A stretch of 64,000 nt of DNA. Source: Vicugna vicugna. Taxonomy: Eukaryota. Numbering within the stretch: the first letter of the stretch is position 1; every line of letters starts with the position of its first letter. This document shows positions 12,940-26,029 of this stretch, piece by piece. The notes under the pieces are model-generated. The model saw nothing but the letters and a program-made list of their open reading frames with translations, did no database searches and was not told where the DNA came from. The position numbers and the translations under genes were made by a program. The stretch covers positions 186,001 through 250,000 of the forward strand of contig MU058839.1 in assembly GCA_013265495.1 (NCBI GenBank), given 5' to 3'.

Positions 12940-13480
12940 TTTTTAAACTTTTGTGACTGTTTTTTGAATTACATACAGCCTCTTAATTGAAAACTTAAAA
13001 AATACAGAAATACATACAGAATCAATGTTAATCCCACTACTCAAAAATAATCTTAAAAGTTTGAATATACATTCCAGTTTTTTATTTATCTATAAATGCT
13101 TGTATACTTTTTTATAAATTTAGAAATACACTGCACATTTTGTAACCTCACTTTTTCAATTAATATTTTATAAATATTTCCCCTTGTCATTAAGTATTAT
13201 CATCACTATCATTTTAATGGCTTCATAGTGTTAAACAGATGTACAATAACTTATTGCCAGAATTATCTAGTGTTTTCCCTGGTTTGTTTCCATAAATAAC
13301 ACTGTAATGAATAACCTTGTACATGAATTTTTGTATACGTTTATTTATTTATTTCATTGGAGGTAGAATTTCAATTCTGAGAAGTTATTTTAATTCCTAG
13401 AGGTAGAATTTCTGGGGAAAAAAAGACAATGTTTATATTTTTTAAAACTCTTGTTACTACCAAATTTCTCTCCAGATGAC
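12940..13480 (-). mobile_element. Ancient L1ME-like 3' fragment
   Basis: 'ttttaatggcttcatagtgtt', 'aaataacactgtaatgaataaccttgtacat', 'cctagaggtagaatttctggg'. Confidence 0.6.
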
Positions 13481-14879
13481 CTTTCATGAGCAGTCCTCAT
13501 TTCGTATTTTTGAATACTCTCAAAATTAGTAAAACTTGATTTTTGAAAATGGATTCCTCACTAGATATCATACTTCCACCCATAGATTATAAACTCTTTG
13601 AGCATGGAGACCACTTCCTAAAAATTCATCTTTTATATTCCAAAACCTCAAGAAAAAGCAATTTTGTATTAGTATCCGGTAAATAAGGTTAATCATCAAA
13701 CTGGTTAATGCTGTTTGAGTCAAAATAATATGACTGTAAAGTAATAACGTGGATTGTGTACATTGTCAGCAGGCTTTGAAGCACAGATATATCCTCATTC
13801 ATGAGCACAGAGAACAACTATCATGGAAGGAAAATGGAAGATAAGTGGAGTTTACCTGTTTTCTCTGATGGCTCCTTCAAATTGGCGATTATTTTTTCCA
13901 ATTATTCAGAGGTGATACTCGTTAAAAGAAATACCCAAAGAATAGAACATACAGATGATGAAGAATGCACGCTGGTTAGTGTTGTTTTACATAATGAGAA
14001 AAAATTGAAGTAAATGTATAAACATAGATGAATAAAGTGAATCTCAATGAAAAGCCTAAGGGAAAAACTAGCATTACTTTTTGTTGAAAAATAAGCATTA
14101 TTTTTGTTGTTGTTTTTAATTCTCCTTTACTGAAAAAGAACACAACTGGATTCTAAAAGTAGCTTGCAAGAAAAGCTTCCTTCAACTGAGGTCTAAAAGT
14201 TCTATTCAAAGATTAACCATCTCCACACAGAGATGGGTATTCACAGTGTTCGCACTGAGGCAGGACAAGCAAGCTTGAGTTATACCTTTTCAGGTTAGGA
14301 AAGAGGTGGTTAAAAGTTAGACACAGCTGTTACAGATGACCTACATCAAGTCCATGGGAAAGGCCAATTGTCTCCCTCAGAGACACTGAAAGTAGGGCTC
14401 TGCTTCCCCATAAATCTTTTCAGCCTCTGAATCGCCCTGGAGTTTCACCTTGCCCAGCCCCTCAAACTGAGGTCATCCTTAGTGATTTACCTGGAGCGCT
14501 CCCTCAGCCCTAGGTTGCACCGAGACGTTCCTCTATCGCTAGTATCTTTGCTTCATCCAACGTGACAGCCTCCCAGGTCAAGCCAACCTAGGGTACTATT
14601 GGAAGAAACCAGGCTCACACTATGGTGAAAAGGTGAAAGCTCCTGTTCTCATGCCTTCTGCACAGTCAGAGCAACGGTAGGCTGCACATTGGGAGCTCAG
14701 TTTCTAAGGTGCAAGGCTGTGAAGAGATGGGCTTGGAAGATGTTTCCCATACTGTCTTTCAACCTCTGTGGATAATGCTGAGGTTTCTGAGTTAAGTAAA
14801 ATTTGGTCCTACGGTTAAACTTGTGGAGAGGGCAAAGTTTGTCTTCAGTTTAAAAAAAAAAAGAGAGAGAGATCCTTCA

Positions 14880-15090
14880 GTACCTGTTCCATTTCTACAT
14901 GCCATGCCAGGTATTTTCACATTTCCTAGCTCATTTAAATCTGACAACATTCCAGGGAGGTGAGCTAATTATTCCCACTTTAACAAATGAAGGAAATGAG
15001 CAAAAAGAGAGGAAGTAGTATATCCAGAATTAACCAGTTAGTAAATGGAAAAGCCAAAATATAACCTTGGGTCTTATTAATTCTAAAACT
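14880..15090 (-). mobile_element. MIR SINE
   Basis: 'ctcatttaaatctgacaaca...attattcccactttaacaaatgaaggaaatgag'. Confidence 0.7.
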
Positions 15091-16289
15091 CTTTCAATGT
15101 ACCCTCCCCTTTTCTATTTGTTTCTTGGTGTTCCCTCTTTTCTGAGCTTTTCCTCTTCAAATTGACTTTCAACCAGCTATCATATAAGAAGGGATTTTAT
15201 AATATAATTACCTCTTTTTAGTTTTGGTTGTATTTGAATATGAAGCAACCATGGGATGAAATTTCAATGGTGAAATTTTAGATCAGTGACAGTTTGATAC
15301 AGGGTGTATTTTAAGATTATAGTCTCATAAAAGCTGAGATTTCTAGTGGGATGCCTAAAAGTCTCAATTCTACAAGGTCCTGAAGTCAGGGGCCACATGT
15401 TTTTGTCCATCTCTGTTGTAGTAACATGGACAGAACATGGTTGACAAATATCTTTTGATGAGAATGATGAAAAATTTTGTTAGGTTTTCAAGAAAAAAAT
15501 ACTTCTGAAGGAAGTGATGGTAGCAGAATAAGAATTCCTTTGTATTCTTGTGAACATTAGTATAATTTGCCTCTTTTTCCAGCCTCCAAAAATATCACTA
15601 TAAACATAAAACCTCATCTATTCCTCTCAACCCTTAATTCATTAACAGGAACACTCAACAAAATAGAGTAGTGGAAATGAAACATTTTTCTTGTCACCAG
15701 ATGAAGAAAGTATGTTATGCAATCTTTGAGTATATGTTCTGGTAATGCTGAAAGAAATTATGTATTAGAAGTAAAAGTTTTAAAAAAGGTATTTTTTCTT
15801 GGGTTTACACAGAAAAATTGTTAGCTCAGAACTTACATTGAATATGTAACTGAAAAGTCAATAGAGCAGATATTTAGCACCCAGGGGGGAAAAAAAAAGA
15901 ATACTTGAGATCTAAACCAGCAGAGAGCATTTGGTTATCATCCCCAACAATCAAAACAAATCTTCACTGAACATCTAGTATGTATAAACATACAAACTAG
16001 ACAGTGGAAAATAAAAAGTAGAAGATCTTAAAATCTATTTTGGGATACAGGCTATGTCCATCTACCCACCTACATGATAAAAGTGACCAAAACAAAATGG
16101 ATACCATTTTACTGAATGTCTTTCATAAATGACCTCACTGTCTCCTACGTGTCCATAATGTTACAAAATTATTCCTGCTTAAGGAGAGTAATCTGTTGTA
16201 TTCTTTCACCTTTTAACTTTATTTCCTAGCATGGAAAATAAAACCAGGGTTTTATCACAATAATTAATAAATAACTCACTTTTTACTTT

Positions 16290-16905
16290 TTAAAAATTAT
16301 TTTTACGCTAAGATAATTTTAGGCTTATAAAGGAGTTGAAAAACAGTACAGAGGTTCAGCATGCAGCTTTCCTTCTTGCTAGCACCTTACTTAACTAAAG
16401 AGATAAAGGGTACTGATCGCTAAACTATGAAATGCCAGTTTTTCTACTAATGTCCTTCTTTTAACATTTCAGGGTCTAATTCAGGATTCCACACTACATT
16501 TGGTTTGTCATGTATCCTTAGTCTGCTCCAGTCTTTGACAATTCCTAGTCTTTTGTTGTCTTTCATTACCTTGAGGCTTTTGAAGAGTACTGGTCAATTA
16601 CTTTGTAGAATGTTCCTTAACTTGGATTTGCTTAATGTTTTCTCTGCTTGGACTGAGATTATGCATTTTTAGAAACGTACCACAGAAGTGATATGGCCAC
16701 CATTACTGTATCGCATCAGGAGTACCTGACACAGACATGTCTTATTATTGGTGAGGGTATTCTTGGTTAAGGCTGTGTCTGCCCAATTTCCCCACCGCAA
16801 ACCTACTAGTTTTCCCTTTATAATCAATAGGTATTTATTTACATATAATAAGAGACACTTTGAAATTATTCAAATGTCCTATTTCTCCTTCAATTTCACC
16901 CACTA
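16290..16905 (-). mobile_element. L1MC-type 3' end
   Basis: 'ttttgaagagtactggtcaattactttgtagaatgttcc', 'gagacactttgaaattattcaaatgtcc'. Confidence 0.75.
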
Positions 16906-17799
16906 AGCAAATCACTTCTGAGGAAAAGGCAAATGTCATCCATACATAGGAGACCTCCTCCAGTGACACCAAAAGCCAGAAGGGACTGGTGGCTGCTAAG
17001 CTAATCCTAAACTAGAGAATCTTAGAAATCTTAGAAATGCTAAAGGCAGAGCATATGAAACAAAAACACCATCAAAAAGGCATAAACAATTTGCCATTAG
17101 TACCAAAATACCTTCTCTTTTCAATAATTGAAGGGCACAGCTAAAATAAAGAGATAAAATGTGAAGAGAAACAGAAAGAGTTCCAGACAGATTCCATAGT
17201 TTTCATAGTTGCATTATCATTTGTATTTCTTAACTCATTTTCGTATTAGTAAGTTATATGGTTCACAGATGGTTTAAAAATACCATTTCCAGTGTTCCTT
17301 AGATCAAGTTCGTAAGGAGCCATAGGCTTTAGGGTTTCTGAGCCATTAAACCTTGGCAGACTATTGAATGCCACTTGTAGGATTGGTTTATTAATTTTCC
17401 CTCAACATTCATTTATAGCATTTCAAAATCTGTATTCAAGATACATTGTAAAATATGCCTTCCGAATTATTTCTATAACAACTGCCCTAGCCATAAGAGG
17501 CAAAAAATTCATGAACCCTGTCTTTGCAGAATGAATTTGACCCTCCAAGTGTCCCAACTGCACTAACTGTGGCATATACAAAGGAACATCACTATCAGCT
17601 AGTTTATCACACCAAAAAAGCAATTTGAAGTTAATTCATATAAAATACCAAAATATCTATATTATTGATGAAACAATTATGTGGTTTTTTCTGATTCAAT
17701 AATAACATCAATAGCCAATATATATTTAGTACTTTTTATGTGCCAATCTCTAATCCAGCTACACAGACTATCTCATTGAATCGTCACAGCTTTATGAGA

Positions 17800-18226
17800 T
17801 ATCAAGAAGGATTTGAGATTTTTACCCTACTTGGAAGTTAACAAAGTAGCCTACCATAGTTTTATGGATGCTGGCAAAGATGAAAGACTTTATTAGCCAC
17901 AGAAATAACAATAACCAGAGTCTCAGCATTTTCTGGGGCCAGTTCTCCAACCCCTGGTTCCCACAGGACCACACAAAGAGGGTCAGGTGACACGAGCACA
18001 CATAGTGGGTGCATTACAGCAGAGAAGCCCTGAAGTTAGGGAACCTGAATCTTTTTAAACGGACAGGAAGCATGCCACTATTTGCTCCAGAGGGAGACAC
18101 TGTCTTTCAGGGGTATTTACTACACAGATATCCTTGAAGAAATAATCCAGAACAAAGGCAGAAACGTGCCTGTGCTCGCAGGACAAGCAGAAATGCAGGG
18201 CACTCATGGAGAATTGTCTCACAACA
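17800..18226 (-). mobile_element. ERVL solo LTR (LTR40-like) inside a MIR
   Basis: Right end 'catggagaattgtctcacaaca' is the reverse complement of an LTR40-like start; MIR halves at ~17710-17800 and ~18235-18280. Confidence 0.75.
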
Positions 18227-18454
18227 TGATTTCGGTGCTGTAATTATTCCCTTTACAAATGAAGAACTTTATGCTTAGAACTGCATGAATTTAAGGAGTG
18301 ATTCAGAGTGGGGTTAGGTGTAAAGATGTACCTAAGGCAAACTTTTTTTAGGTATTTTGAAAAATAAATTGTGTTTTTCTCTCTGTGATGTCATTTTTTT
18401 CAATGTAAAAATTAAGTTCTATATATAATTTCACACCTACTTGCTTAAGGAAGA

Positions 18455-18670
18455 AGTATGTCATAGTAGAAAAAAACAAGAGCCCTGAAGTCAGACAGTG
18501 TCAAGTTAAAATTTTAGCTCTGTACTTACTAAGCTTTCTGAGGCTCAGGATCCTCATCTGTGAAATGGGAATCCCTTGTAGAGTCATTGTAGACATTAAA
18601 TGAAATCATGGATGTGACACTCCCAACACAGAATTCTGTCACATAGTAAGTACTCAACAATAGAGATGGT
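18455..18670 (+). mobile_element. MIR SINE
   Basis: 'ctcaggatcctcatctgtgaaatggga', 'cacatagtaagtactcaaca'. Confidence 0.75.
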
Positions 18671-19967
18671 AGTAAAGACTTACAGAATGATTGTAAGCAA
18701 AGTCCCCTTAACTTTTGCTGCTCTCAAAATTTGGAAAACTCAACAATAAAATCAAGAGATTTTTAAGCCCTGTTTTTCCATGTAAAAGCTTTTTCAGGCA
18801 TTGGGGATGTGTCATGTTGAATTTAACTTTTTTTTGTTCAGATTAATTTTAAACATGGGGTGAAAACTCTTTAAGCTGTCAAAGCATTAGCTTTTAGCAT
18901 TAGAATGGATGTTGTTCTTTTAAAAGGTCTCCTAATTTTTTTAATGACTTGGAGCAGGAGAGCTTGTCATTTTCCCTAACACGATGTGAATAAAATACAA
19001 ATGTATGGTGGAAACCGGAGTAGGGAGGAGCTCAGTAATCTACATTTGCCATGATGTGTGTCCTAGTGATCAACTCAGAGGGCCCTGTGTCTTCACATAG
19101 GAAAGTGTGCTGTGTTACAGACAGCTCTGTTGATCTTTCACGCGGAGAGGCGTTGGAAGATGAAACTGCATTTTACATTAACTTAAAAGTTACACCACAG
19201 CCATTAGATAAAAGCAAGAACAATTGCCTGCTCAGTGGGCAGGCTGCTGCAGAGGAAGAGACACACTCATCAAACAGTTGTGTTTTTCAGCTTTGGCAGA
19301 TGGAACATCACATTCTTTGGTGAGTTCCTCCACCCTGTAAAATTTAATGATTTGCCCTCCCCACAGATTGCCGAACAACTTATTGTCCATGATAACTTGA
19401 TGTTGATTTGCTTTCGAAAGCCTCTCAACTTTAACTAATAGTTGCAATCCAAATTAACAATAACCAAGAAAGTATGGAAATTATGGGTGCGTTCTGGTAA
19501 TTCACTCCAAACTAAGCTTGTTATCTGCATGAAATACAACCGTGGCTCCATGAATAATTCTCAGAAATGTTGAATTTAAAATGAGCACTGGGTAGGATAA
19601 ACAGTAGTTGAATAATACTTAAACTCCACCATCTGTTATTCTAGTATTTTAATGTGAGCTGAATTTCTTTTATTAGGTGTTTATTTGTGATTCTTTCTGT
19701 ATAGATTCTTCTCTTACGCAGAGAGAGATCCATAAATGGGGAATAGTAAGAGTTATGATTCAGGACAGTTTTCTGTTACAGTAATTCTCTTAATAGAGAA
19801 ACACAATGTCACAATCTCAAACATTTCCCAAAGGGGTACCTGAAGAATTCCTGAAAAAAAATTGCCTTAATTTAGAGTCTTTATTTGTGAGATTCTATAA
19901 AGTTGGTGAGTGTAGAAGGAGGGAGTTATTCAGGTAGTAGGGAAAGAAAGAGTTTAGGTAAAAATTA

Positions 19968-20130
19968 GGGGGGATAGTATAGCTCAGTTGGTAGAGTGCC
20001 TGCTTAGCATGCATGAGGTCTTGAGTTCAATCTCCAGTACCTCCATTAAAAACAAAAAATAAGTAAATAAACCTAATTACCTCCCCCAAACAACAATAAC
20101 AATAAACAAACAAACAAAAAAACAATAAAA
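19968..20130 (+). mobile_element. tRNA-Ala-derived SINE (camelid vic-1-like)
   Basis: 'tatagctcagttggtagagtgcctgcttagcatgcatgaggtcttgagttcaatctccagtacctcca' plus 'aaacctaattacctcccc' and an A-rich tail. Confidence 0.9.
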
Positions 20131-21237
20131 CTGAAGTTTAAAAATATGTTTTAAATTAAGGACAGGAAACAAACAAAATAATTAATAGTAGGAGACAAAG
20201 GACAGGATGAAAAAAATAATAACAAGTATGCAGTAATAGTCTTTGGGAGAAAAATAAGATAAAGAATATTTGAAAAATGAAATGGGTATCATGAAAGGAA
20301 GATTTAATGAGCTCATCATGCTGGAAAAAAAATCAATCAATGCTATTTCCCCTAAAATGTTATACTAAGCTATTCCAGTGACCTCATGTAAAATTTGCAT
20401 GAGAATTATTTTTCTTCTTCCTGATGTGAGAAATACAATAAAAAGTTACATGGAGGGAGCAGGAGACCATAATAATGACATTTACATAGCTCCTTCCTGA
20501 TTACCAAAATACTTTCACATACAGTAGCTCCTTTGAAAGATGCAAAACTATTTAAGGTAGGTAGGAGTGATCTTATCATTCTTATTCTATATATCACCAA
20601 CAAGCTCAGCCAAGAAGTAACAGAATCTTGAAGTCAGTTTTATTTTTCAAAACTCTCAACTTTAATTGTCACATTTCTAATTAGCGCTAACCAGAGTGGC
20701 CAAGGATATTCTGGGTATATTCCAAGTAGGACTATGATCTGCTTGAAATGTCCCTTCCTTTTGACTCCAAATTCAGTTCTTATTTACATACCACCTAAAG
20801 AAATCTGGCTCTGCCACCAACTGAAAAAAACACCCTGACGTCGTCCCTTAACTTCTCTAAGCATCAGTTTCCCTACCTAATGTTGAGAGAGTAGTTAAAT
20901 TTTACAAAGCACTTTTGTATCCATCCTCTCACTTAATGTACACAGAAACTATATCAGGTCGATATTTCTACTTTTTAAAATAAAGTAAATCTAAATTCAG
21001 AGTTGGTAAATGACCTGCCCAGGATCACGCTGTCAATAAATGTTAGATCCAGGTCTGCACTCAACATCTCCAAGCCATGAAATCTAGGATTGGGTTAGAT
21101 GCTCTCTAAGATCTCAAACAGTTCTCTCTTCTCTCACCTCAAAGACTGACTGGTAGGATCTTTTGTTATTTACATATCAACAGTATTTTACTGGTAAATT
21201 ATATAATATTTAGAATAGAAAATGAAATAAAAATCTA

Positions 21238-21483
21238 TTTTTTTTTAATTCAAGTATAGACAGTTTAAAATGTTGTGTTAATTTCTGGTGTACAGCACAG
21301 TGATTCAGTTATACATACATATATTCCTTTTCATATTCTTTTTCATTATAGGCCATTACAAGATATTGAACACAGTTCCCTGTGCTATAGAGTAGGACTT
21401 TGTTGTTTATGTATTTTATATACAGTAGTTAGTATCTGCAAATCCTGAACCCCCAATTTATTCCTCTACCCTCCCCCGGCCCG
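21238..21483 (-). mobile_element. 5'-truncated L1 with 10-bp TSD
   Basis: Poly-T start; TSD taaaaatcta at 21228-21237 and 21484-21493; very similar to 26030-26270. Confidence 0.92.
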
Positions 21484-23044
21484 TAAAAATCTAGTTACTG
21501 AAATACTTCCTCACACTTCCTTTCTACAAGTGTGGTGGGAAGAATAAAAGATAACCCAAAACCTTTCTGTACCCTGAGTTCATGCTCTGGTTTGAAGCAT
21601 AAATATCTACCGCCAGAAGGGCACCACATAGTGTTCTGAGGGGCAGAATAAGAGGTGACCATAAGACTTAAACCTCAGAATGGGCTTAAACACTCAGAGA
21701 TTAGAGCAAATGAATAGAAGAATGTTAACCCAGAAATATCTTATGTACTGTCTACGTAATTAGCCTGTCTCTTCGCTACCAAAAAAGAGATTAGAATGTG
21801 TTTTCTTGTAAATGATAAGAATAATAACATTATTGTTATCTTTATTATTATTCAATATTACTACAGCCCTTCTAGCAAAATTAAGTTAGGCAACATTCAT
21901 TCAGTACCTGAACACTGATTAACGTGCATATTCAAATCCAGAGAGAATCACAAATACAGAAAACATGCAGATTTTAGGTACCAGCTTCAGCCTGGTCTTC
22001 AGAGTAATCTTTTCTTCTCTTTTGTTGTGTCTTTATCAAGATCTCCCAAAAAGTCATTCAACTGACTCATTCAAATCTTTCTTCCTGTTTGTTTAATGTC
22101 TAAAAGTACTAAAGTAAAATATTGGAATGAATAAAAGGCAAAATGACAGAATGGGAAAAGAACAGAAACAAAGGACCAAAGCAATTAGTCCCTGAATAAT
22201 TGAGATATGACATACTTTTCTACTACCCATAATTGTGCAGTGTAGTTAAGTTGTAAACTGTGACACATTACCCCAAAGCCAAAACAACTTGCTCACGCCT
22301 ACTTAACTTATAACAATGTACATAGTACATATTTTCTCCATGAATCAAGTAAGATGGATGTCAGAGCAGGACTTAGAAGATATGAAAACTGAGAATTTGA
22401 TAGTGGATTGCTCTGGCAGCAGATTAAATAAGTAATGCAGGTGCATCAATTCCAAACTCTCTTTTCATTTAAATTTCAGCACTGCATCAAACATCAGGCA
22501 ACAGTGTAAGATGAAGTAGGACCAAAGCAAGGAGGAAATTATAATAATGTAACTTGCCATACAGCTTCATTTCAAATAACATCTTTCATATAAACTGGTA
22601 TCCAAAGTGCTTTACCGAATAAAACAGTACAAGAAAGTGGACAGCATGTGGTATAAATTATAGAAAACAGTGGTGCAAGGATATTATATGTGGAGCAAAT
22701 TAAAGTGTTCCATCACAAAGCCAAGAGCAGTGGGAGAGAGGGTGAAGAGGTATAGCCAAGTGTATAATTTTAGATGAGGTGTAAGAAACTTGAACATTTA
22801 TAAGAAAGCCGTTTTTCTCCCCACTTACATTTTTAAAATGAAGTACTTACCATCATTCTCTTTTAGTTGAATGCTCTAAGTTGTGGGTTTGATAATGCTG
22901 AATTTTAGGATGCTTAGCTTGACTATTGCAATCAATCAGGAGGAATGAGGGCTTCTGTGTGAAGAATCAAATATTCCCCCAAATGGGCAGCTTATCTAGA
23001 AGTAGTAAATCTACAAGTGACAAAAATCCTCTTCCAGGCATTTA

Positions 23045-23290
23045 CAGCAGGGTAGTTTAGAGCATGGTCATTGTAATCAGACTGATCGGATCTCTGCCTT
23101 AATTTTGTCACTTACGAACTGTATGGACTGCTCACCATGTAACTTGTCTTTGTCCCAGTTCCCTTAGCTCAAAAATGAGAATTATACTAATACCTATATA
23201 AGAAGATTGTCATAAATATTAAATAACAAAATTCATATGAAATGTTTCTTACAGCATCAGTAGCACAGCCATTTAAAATGTTAGCTATTC
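23045..23290 (+). mobile_element. MIR SINE
   Basis: 'gtagtttagagcatgg...tcagact', 'gattgtcataaatattaaat', 'gcacagccatttaaaatgttagctatt'. Confidence 0.6.
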
Positions 23291-23806
23291 TAAATATTAG
23301 ATATGAGGAGGAGGACTGAGTCCCCACAGGGACTCCAGAACCGCCAGTGAGGACCTCTAGATTTGCCAAATCCCAATAGTATTCAGACAAAGTAGTAAAG
23401 ATTCACTTTGGAGTACTCCCCACAAGGGTGAGCCACTTACACACCCTCCTCCAGGAGTGCAACAGCAAAGTCCAGGCATTCAAGGGTGTGAATCTCTGAG
23501 GTCCCATGACTTCTGGTTTGTAATCAAGAATCTGAAACAACAGAAAAGGGATACTCGTTAAAATCTCATAGAAGATCCAGAGTAGGTCTTTTGTTAGGTT
23601 CATGAAGTTAGGCACGAGAGCTCATTCATTTAACAAATGATTATTGAGGTTATAGAATCATATTTACCAGCCCTGCTACTTCCTCATTGCTCTTATCGAT
23701 TCCTTAAATTATGGCTCTGCTACGTGGCCTTGCGTGTTCCTCTTGTCTTAGGTGACATCCGTGATGTACCCACTGGGGAAACTCACAGTTCCCACCATTC
23801 CTTTAG

Positions 23807-24293
23807 TGTGAGTTACATATTGCTGCTCCAAACTTAGCACCTTAAAACTCACATATTTATTATTACACAATTTCTGAGATCCAGGAACCCAGGAATAGTT
23901 CAGCTTTGTGGTTTTGGCTCAAGATCTCTCATGAGATTTCTGCAAAGTCAGGCTACCATCCAAGGCTGCAGGGTTGTTTCCCAGTTCATTCATGTGACTT
24001 CCACAAAAGATTTCAGTTCCTTACCATGTGGGTTGTGGGTCTCTTCATAGAACTGCTTATGATATGTGAGCTGGCTTTCCCCAGAATAAGTGATTCATGA
24101 AAGCAAGAGAGACTGAGGCAGAAGCCACAGTATCTTCTATGACCTGATTTCAGAAGTGGCATACTTTTAATTCTGCTGTGTTCTATTGGTCACACAGACC
24201 AATCCTGGTAGAACATGGAAAGCAACTGCACAGGGTAAATACCAGAGGGCAGGGAGCCATCCCCTGGGGCCATCTTGGAGGCAGGCTGCCAGA
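23807..24293 (-). mobile_element. MaLR solo LTR (MLT1F-like)
   Basis: 'ctattggtcacacagaccaatcctggta', 'ggggccatcttggaggcaggctgcca'. Confidence 0.75.
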
Positions 24294-25734
24294 CCCTCTT
24301 TGTGGAAAACTATTTCTCAGCCCTGGTGATCCTGGACATGCTTAACCTGTTGATGACGGTAATCCAGTTTGTCTTTATTTTTCTGTTCCTTCCAAGCTTA
24401 ACCGTTGTAAACTACCGTATGATGCTGAAGTTTTCCTTTCTCAAATCATAAGCCAAAACATTTACCCTATTATATTTAACATGAATACTTTAAGACTTTT
24501 ACCGGTTCTTCCAAATAAACCTGATTATGTTTATTGAAGAACATTAGCTGCTGGAATTCAAGGATCACATATCAGTAACTGACTATACAGCACCTAGCAT
24601 GTCATCCTAGTTTCTGAGGTATTAAAAATAATTATGATTATTTTCAATAGATGAAGCATCAGAGGAATGCTAGCCTTGAACTTTCCTCTGGGTCTTTGTA
24701 CTCTGTTCATTCTCTATCTATTCAGAATACCTTTCCACCCTTTCCACATAATATTTTTCATGACATAACTTCAGGGCAGCTTTTTCAGGGTGCTTCCTCT
24801 GATCTTTCATCCCTCTCTTCCGCGAGCTACATTAACATTGCATTTGATTTCTCTCTTTCTGTTGTTTACTCTTCAAAGAACAAGAGGGCACGGCTGCCGC
24901 TTATATGAAAGAACTTTTTAAAGGGGTAGAACCAGGAGTCATAGCTGGCGAGACATGGTGACCCAGACCCCACAAGTTAAGAGACTGCCAAATCACTGAT
25001 GTAGAAAAATAACCACCAATTTCTCAGTCTTCGTAGATGGGTTCATCCTTAGGACCCTAGGATAACAGATTTCTCTTCTTGGAACCAGGGGATGTTTACT
25101 TTCCTGAAGGTCCCTGATGGTCAGCAAGACAGCTGACCTTTTACAACTGTTTGCTCAGTGACCTTATGGACTCTCAATCCAAACTCTGCTTTGACAGTGG
25201 GCAGAGCCTAGCAGTTGCCCTGAAGGCAATGGGGTGGGGCTGACCTTGGCTTCCTCAGCTTTTCCATGCTCAGCGCTTCTCAGAACCTTTCTGCTTCTGT
25301 GTATAAAAACAGCGTAGCAGCTTTCAAGAACATTTGAAAAGAAAAAAGTACTGTGAAAAACAATAATCCCGGTAGCCAACTGCACGGAGAAGAGAGTTTG
25401 TGAGTTCTAAGTCTCTGTATTCCATGTGTTTAGTAAATGAGTTCAGGGTTCCTAACTTATATTCTTAAAAGCGTTATGCATGTACACACACACTCAATCT
25501 TTTTTTGCTTTTAATGACTGTTTCCTGATTCTCTTTGCTTCCTGACTGTTTCCTGAGTTTCTTGGAGACAAAGGTGAGCAGCACCTGACACGTGTTCCCT
25601 TCCATGCCTTTGTCCGTATGCGTATAAAGTTTCACATAGTTGCATTATAATGTGCATACAATTTTCTACCCTTCTTTAGGCATTTAACATAAAACCATAA
25701 GCAATATGTCAGTGTTGCTGCATAATAGCCTTCA

Positions 25735-25960
25735 TAGTTTAGCGTGGGGAGTTTTGGTGTCTAACAGAGGGGTCAAGTCCTACCTCTGTCACTTAGTGCT
25801 TGTATTACCTTGGATAGTTAACATCTCTGGGAATCACTTAGCTCCTAAAATAGGGTCAAAAATATCTGCCTTGTGCTGTCAGTAGAAATAAATGAGGTAT
25901 GGGATGCAAAATCTTAATGTTGACCTGTACTAAATATGCAATAAATTTTAGCTAAAAATA
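25735..25960 (+). mobile_element. MIR SINE
   Basis: 'tcaagtcctacctctgtcacttagtgcttgtattaccttgga', 'caataaattttagcta'. Confidence 0.65.
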
Positions 25961-26029
25961 ACCTTCATAAAATATAAATGTTTAGGTAATATAATATCCC
26001 ATCAAGTATAAAATGATAGTTATTTTTGA

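Noticed and set aside
13857..13971. Minus-strand coding exon ending CAG|GTAAAC
   Set aside because: Stop codons in all three frames and a weak acceptor
19968..20045. tRNA-Ala gene (also 8037-8110)
   Set aside because: Stems are degenerate, there is no oligo-T terminator, and both copies continue into a shared SINE tail
21611..21627. CTCF site ccgccagaagggcacca
   Set aside because: Spacing is one base off the core consensus
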